Positions 58,297 to 64,000 of a DNA stretch of 64,000 nt are shown one piece after another. This stretch comes from Proteromonas lacertae. Lineage: Eukaryota. The position numbers and the translations under genes were made by a program. The notes under the pieces were generated by a model. The model was not told the origin of the DNA. It did no database searches and saw only the letters and a program-made list of their open reading frames with translations. How positions within the stretch are numbered: position 1 is the first letter of the stretch; each line of letters starts with the position of its first letter. The stretch lies in contig NGBS01000875.1 in assembly GCA_002245135.1 (NCBI GenBank), positions 1 to 64,000 on the forward strand. The letters are read 5' to 3'.

Positions 58297-61200
58297 TTAA
58301 TATACAGCTACACTAGCAACTTTTAATCTCTTGGCTAAAAATACTTGTTTTCGATGAGAAAATAATCTATCCCAAGAATATAAAGCAGAAGCAATTTGAG
58401 GATCATTTTCTAACATCATTAGTATTGTCTCTTTAGATATATGATAAACTAAACTTCGAACATCAGCTATTGTTGTTTCAAAATTCATTGTTATACCATA
58501 TTTCTGAGGAGGAGATCCAAACATACTTCCAGGATGACATAATACAAATAATTTCTCTTTTTCTAATTCATCTAATCTCACAATTATTGGATTTGGATTA
58601 AAACTACTGCTAGTTGAAACTCTAGGAACTCTATCTTCTTTTTCTTCTTCAGATAATTTCTTTGTCAGTTTGTGAAATAGATTTTTACTCTTTTTAGTTG
58701 GTAATGGTGTTGGAGTTGTAGTAATTCTTATTGGAGATGGTGGTTCATAACCACCAACTTGATTTGTGATTTTTCGACTCATCTTGATTTGATATAAAGC
58801 AGTTAATTCACCAAATTGGGAAGGATAGCAGGAGATTATTCCATCTATTAATATATATATTCCATCTGTTTCATCAAATCCTTTATATAATATTTCACCT
58901 TTATCTACTCGTTTAAATCTGCCCAAATTATTCATAAAACAATGTAAAAATGTCCTTCTCATTAATGTATTATCTAAAGAACAACAAACTTGAACTATTT
59001 TTCGTAATTTTTCTTTTGCTTTTATTACACGATTTGTATCTTTCATTTCTATCACTAATCCACCTTCTTCATCACTTTTCAGTTTTTCAATATAATTATT
59101 TACTCCCAATAACGTATTCTCAACGAATACTAATGCACTATCAAAATTATGAAATATAAATAAATCATCTTTCATTTGTTCAGCAGTTATTCTTTTAGAT
59201 ATTAAATTCTTTATTCTTTTTCGATATTTCTCTGTTACAAATACTAAACATATTTTATATTTGTTTATTGTATGTTGAACCCATTCAGCTAAAGCAATAA
59301 ATGAAGAAGTATCCAAACCACTGATTTTTGAGAAATCTAATACTAAATATTTAATATCTTTTTTATAATCTGGATTCTCTTGTAGTTTTAGTATTTTATT
59401 ATCCATTTTATAAACTATATGATGACTTGCACCAAAGAATATATATCCACTGAATTGAAACACATATGCAGATTCTTTGATTTTTCTTCAACTTCAAGGA
59501 CTAGAAAAAATATAAATAAATTATAATAATATATATATATATATACTAATTTACAGTTTCTAACTATATTTGTTGGAATATCAATAAAATCAGAAGATAT
59601 TAAAATATAATTACTCTTACTCGATTTATATATAAACACAATAAATGCTAATACTAAACCAATCATTATAGCATAAGATATATCTAATAAAGCACCTGAT
59701 ACCATTATTATTACAATTATCGCATAATCAATATAATCACATTCAAAGAAGGATGTATATAATGTATCTTTTAAGAAATCAATTGACATATATACAAATG
59801 CACCTGATAATAAAGAACGAGGGAAATATCCAATAATTTGAAGTGTTGGTCCAGCAAAATAAAAAGCTAATAATAATATATATAATATATATATATATTC
59901 ATACTTGCCATTATTATACATAATGTTGCTGTTGATATTCTACCAACTCCTCCTGATACATAATGAAATGCAGAATTAGATAACGCAATATGAGCTGGAA
60001 AACCTAAAGCACAAGCACTGAGTGTATTGCCAAAACCATGTAATTTCATTTCTTTATCTAAACTTAAGTGTTTGTGAAATAATTTTCCTAACATAATACT
60101 ATTGATGCCTAAGTTTAATATTGGACCAATAATTGCAGCTGATATAACAGTAGGAAACTATTATGTATTTATATATATTTTATATATTTATATATATATA
60201 CATTTTCACCAATTAGTTTCATAGAAGGACTTCCACCCCATGTTGTTGTATATAATTCAGTAAATGAATTTGAGGATGTAAATAATTAAAGAAAATAATA
60301 ATAAATATATATAAAATGATATGGTTTAGCTAATAACCATTTCAAATCTTGCCACCGTTCTACACTATCACCAACAATGATTCTTATAATATGAAACACA
60401 ATTAATCCAATCAAAAAGAATGATGGAAATATGTAAGGGCTATGCCATTTCCATTGTAAGAAATATAATATTAATCCAAATATCTAATAATTATAATAAC
60501 AATAATATATATATATATATATATATACATGAATTAAGAAGAGATAAGCCAAGTTAAAATCTGTAAAAACCCTAGTGGAAATACCTTCATCATATTGAAT
60601 ATCATAACTGAATATATATAGAAAGTATCCAATAGAACCAAATGCACCTTGCTTCACTGAATAAGGCATGTAATGTATCAATGATCCTAACTTACAATAA
60701 CCCAATATAATCAGTAATATTCCTGCTAATAATGCTTCAGATGAATTTAGCAGTAGTATTGTTGCTGCCTTTTGTTTTGGAGTTAAATCTTCAGCGTTTT
60801 GAATGTTACTGATTGCTGGTGTTAATAGTGCAATACTTTCAAAACTGACAATTGCTACAGCATGATTAAAAGTGCCTTTAACACAAGTGAATAATTGAAT
60901 TGTAACTATTTGAGATATTATAATAATAATTATACATATTCCAACCAATGCCTGTTTCATAACGATATGTGAGAATGGTTTTAATTCTCCTGGGAACATA
61001 ATACTTGACATTGCGATAACATCAAGCAAACATAGTGAAGTACTAATAAATAATTGACATTATATATACGTAAGAACTCCTGCAATGACTTCTCTAGTCC
61101 ATGGTAAAATGTATCTTTTCACGTAAGTAAGAGCAGTTCTTTTTTGCTAAACTATGCAGAAAAATAATGAAGAATGTAATACAGATTATCAAAAGAAAGG

Positions 61201-61334
61201 TCTCCCGAATGAACAACATGACTGTCTTTTGGCTCAACAGTTGGTAAAACCATGGATTGTGCTTGTGATGCTGCGATGGGTCCATCAGCCATCTCTTGCA
61301 CCATGTCAGAATTGTAATGAGGAACAGATATCAT
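58297..61334 (-). CDS. SulP/SLC26 anion transporter with STAS and C-terminal cNMP-binding-like domain
   Basis: 'LGYCKLGSLIHYMPYSVKQGAFGSIG', 'LDKEMKLHGFGN', STAS 'FQFSGYIFFG...LVLDFSKISGLDTS', 'KGEILYKGFDETDGIYILIDG'. Start approximate. Confidence 0.88.
60278..60322 (-). other. U12-type intron, AT-AC, 45 nt
   Basis: 5' ATATCATTTT, branch-like TTTCTTTAAT, ends TTAC. Contains an in-frame TAA; removal gives 'WLLAKPSSNSFTELY'. Confidence 0.85.
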
Positions 61335-61702
61335 ATCTAAAATCAAAAAGAAGAAAAGCAAAAGTTTCTACGTAGTTTCTACGATATAAAATCTATTTTG
61401 CAAATAGGGTTTTAATACTTGACTCAGATCGTGCTTTAAAAACACAAATACTTTTCACCAACAACAGCATTTATAAGATCTAATAAAATTCTGTGATGAA
61501 GAATAAATACTCAATGTGAGTTTAGAGGAAAATTACTAAACTTGTTGAATAATTAAATTCTGACGAATATTTATAGTGAAATAGTTGAACAATATGGAAT
61601 ATGTATTTTGATGTTTTTGGTTATATTAAATACATGCTTAATTCTTACATTTAAAAACATTAAAAGCTTGATGAATGCTTGAATTGATAATTTTTTGAAG
61701 TT

Positions 61703-63744
61703 ATGAATTGGCCAACTGCTGTTAATTTATTAAACTTTGGACTGTATTTTGATTTATTTTTTATTTTTATATTGCAGATTATTAACTGTATTAAGTGGAT
61801 GTTTGATAATTTGTATGTATACGTTGAATCCATTAAATTGCCACCATCCTAACGGCTTTATTGCATATATGAGGTATATAATCTCTATTGTTTAATTATA
61901 GTTTCTGTGATTTTATCTTTGGACTTATTTCTCTGTTAATATTTTCATTTGATGTAGAAGGCGATATATGTGAAGGAGTTTCTGGGTATGTAGAAACATT
62001 TGTAACAGAGTTTTCTCTATCAAGTTCATTAATGACTTATATTGTTTTCTTATTCAACTTACTAAGTACTTTGTACAATCCATTTATAAATATGAAAGTA
62101 AGAAAACATATGTATATATTAATATATATGATATATTGATAGTATTTGGTTTATTTCAGTAGTTCCAAGTTTAATCTTTTCTACAGTGTTTAGTTTAACA
62201 CGTTCAAATAAAGATTTCATTGGAATCTGTTGGATAATTAGTGATACATCATTGCAAATATCATTTTCAACCTTTATTGCATTATATCTACCTGTTGTAT
62301 CAATAGTAACAATGTCAATATTTGTTTTAAGAAGTTGCAATAAATATTTCAAAAAAATAAATGAAAATGATTTAACAAGAAACTGTAGTAGTTTACACTA
62401 TGATACTATTAGTTATGGTAATAAATTAGTTATAAGTTATTCAATATATTGGGTTATTTGTATTCTATCATATATAACAACTATGGTATTTAATGATTGT
62501 TCATTTTCACTACAAGATGCTTCTATTCCTATTAAATTCGTTATTTATATATTTGCGCTGATATTTCCAATGAAAGGTGTGTTTACATTAATGGTTTGGG
62601 TTACTGGCTCGATGTTATTAAATACGAAAGATCATTTATTAACAAGAGAAATGAGAGAATTTACAGTAAATCTATTGATTACTGGAATTCAAAGAGTATA
62701 TAAATATTATATTTATATATATATTGGAATAGTTTTCTTCACAAGAAGAACCTCAAAACGATTCAAAAAGATCTGTTAAATTAGAAGGAGATGTAAATGT
62801 AATCATAACAGAATATAAACCAAAATCATTTCAAAGAATCAGAGAGATAGTGAATGAAACTGAATCATATTATAATTCCTTTGACAGTGATTGTATTGAA
62901 TCAATTACTTCTAATGGAAGTAGTGGTGCTTATCAGTTCTTTAGCAATAATAGGAAATATATAGTAAAAACAATGACAGAAAATGAATTTAATGTATTGG
63001 AAAGTCTATTACCAGATTATATAAATCATATTATTAATTTAAATAATTCATATAATGATAATGGAAATAACAACATGCAGTCAAAATTAACATTATTTTT
63101 AGGATGTTATTCATATGATACAAGTGGATTATTTCCTGGAACATATGAAAAATATTATTTCTTTGTTATGAATAATTTAATAATAAATAGAAAAGAATAT
63201 ATCTTCTATGATCTAAAAGGATCTTATATTAATCGAACTAATAGTAATATAAAGAGATGTAGTTGTTTATTAAAGGAAGATTATGAATGTGATTGAAAGA
63301 TAATGATTATTCAGAAACAGTAGCTATTAAGCTAAAAAAGGATGATAAATCATTGCCATTATATAATATACTGTTAGATGATACATTCTTTTTAATGAAT
63401 CACTCATTGATGGATTATAGTCTATTATTGGCTGTTAAGAAACAACAAAGTGATGGTGATGGTGATAATGATATTAAGTGTGAAGATGGTAATAACGTGA
63501 TGAATAGTAATGAATTGGTTGATATAAATGGAACAGTATTTTCGATATTGATAATTGATTTGTTTCAGAAGTGGGATATTAAGAAGAAGATGGAGAATAT
63601 TTATAAAATTGTATATTTTAGTAATCATATATATATAAATAGTTTGTGAAGAGATTAGATTCAAATGGAATTTCTTCAGTTAATCCTTTAGTATATCATA
63701 GCAGATTTGTTGATAAGGTGGTAAACCAGCTTTTTTCAGGTTAA
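61703..63744 (+). CDS. GPCR-like multi-TM domain fused to phosphatidylinositol phosphate kinase (GPCR-PIPK)
   Basis: Multiple TM segments ('HHPNGFIAYM', 'GICWI'), then PIPK motifs 'GSSGAYQFFSNNRKYIVKT', 'YDLKGS', 'LKDND', 'LMDYSLLL', 'IIDLFQKW', 'ISSVNPLVYHSRF'. Confidence 0.88.
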
Positions 63745-63806
63745 TTATTTGTAAATATAATAATATAATTATAATTACAGTGTTTTAAAAAAGAAAAAAG
63801 AAAAAA

Positions 63807-63877
63807 TGCGCTAACCGGGAGTCGGACCCGGAGCTAATGCTTGGGAAGCATTGATGTTACCGTTACACTACTAGCGC
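63807..63877 (-). tRNA. tRNA-Gly (anticodon CCC)
   Basis: GCGCTAG/TTAGCGC acceptor stem, anticodon arm AATGC-TTCCCAA-GCATT, T arm CCGGG-TCCGACT-CCCGG, followed by a T-run terminator. Confidence 0.93.
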
Positions 63878-63916
63878 AATTACTGTTTTTGTGAAAACTT
63901 GAAGCATAAAGGAAAT

Positions 63917-64000
63917 ATGGGCAGAAATTCATTTTTCTTTTTAACAGCTGCAGCAGGTGCTACTTTTGGTATTTGGTATGGAATCAAATTTTATTATACT
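63917..64000 (+). CDS. Start of a probable small membrane protein, truncated by the window end
   Basis: ATG at 63917 with open frame 'MGRNSFFFLTAAAGATFGIWYGIKFYY'. Confidence 0.4.
   Translation, partial: MGRNSFFFLTAAAGATFGIWYGIKFYYT

Noticed and set aside
61365..61384. Short tandem duplication of AGTTTCTACG
   Set aside because: Two copies only, with no supporting context.

Overview
Very AT-rich, gene-dense eukaryotic DNA with about 28 protein genes, mostly broken by ~27-45 nt GT-AG introns, plus one tRNA-Gly(CCC). Tiny introns, a pyruvate:ferredoxin oxidoreductase with a mitochondrial-type presequence, a GPCR-PIP kinase and a putative-Ig fragment suggest an anaerobic stramenopile, Blastocystis-like (inference). 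The ORF track is fragmented by introns and by more than 20 single-base frameshifts, probably assembly indels. Main points: (1) a ~14 kb, almost intronless gene (6912-20933, minus) for a ~4,660-aa midasin-related protein that appears to read Ubl-Ubl-P/Q linker-6xAAA-linker-vWA-vWA-unknown alpha/beta domain-vWA; (2) four minor-spliceosome (U12-type) introns, three AT-AA and one AT-AC, each needed to restore a reading frame; (3) a candidate box C/D snoRNA cluster and a weaker U17/snR30-like RNA; (4) a ~140 bp inverted duplication of a gene 5' end bracketing the PFO-PKG block; (5) several unusual domain fusions. All family calls are motif recognition by eye; no database searches were run.
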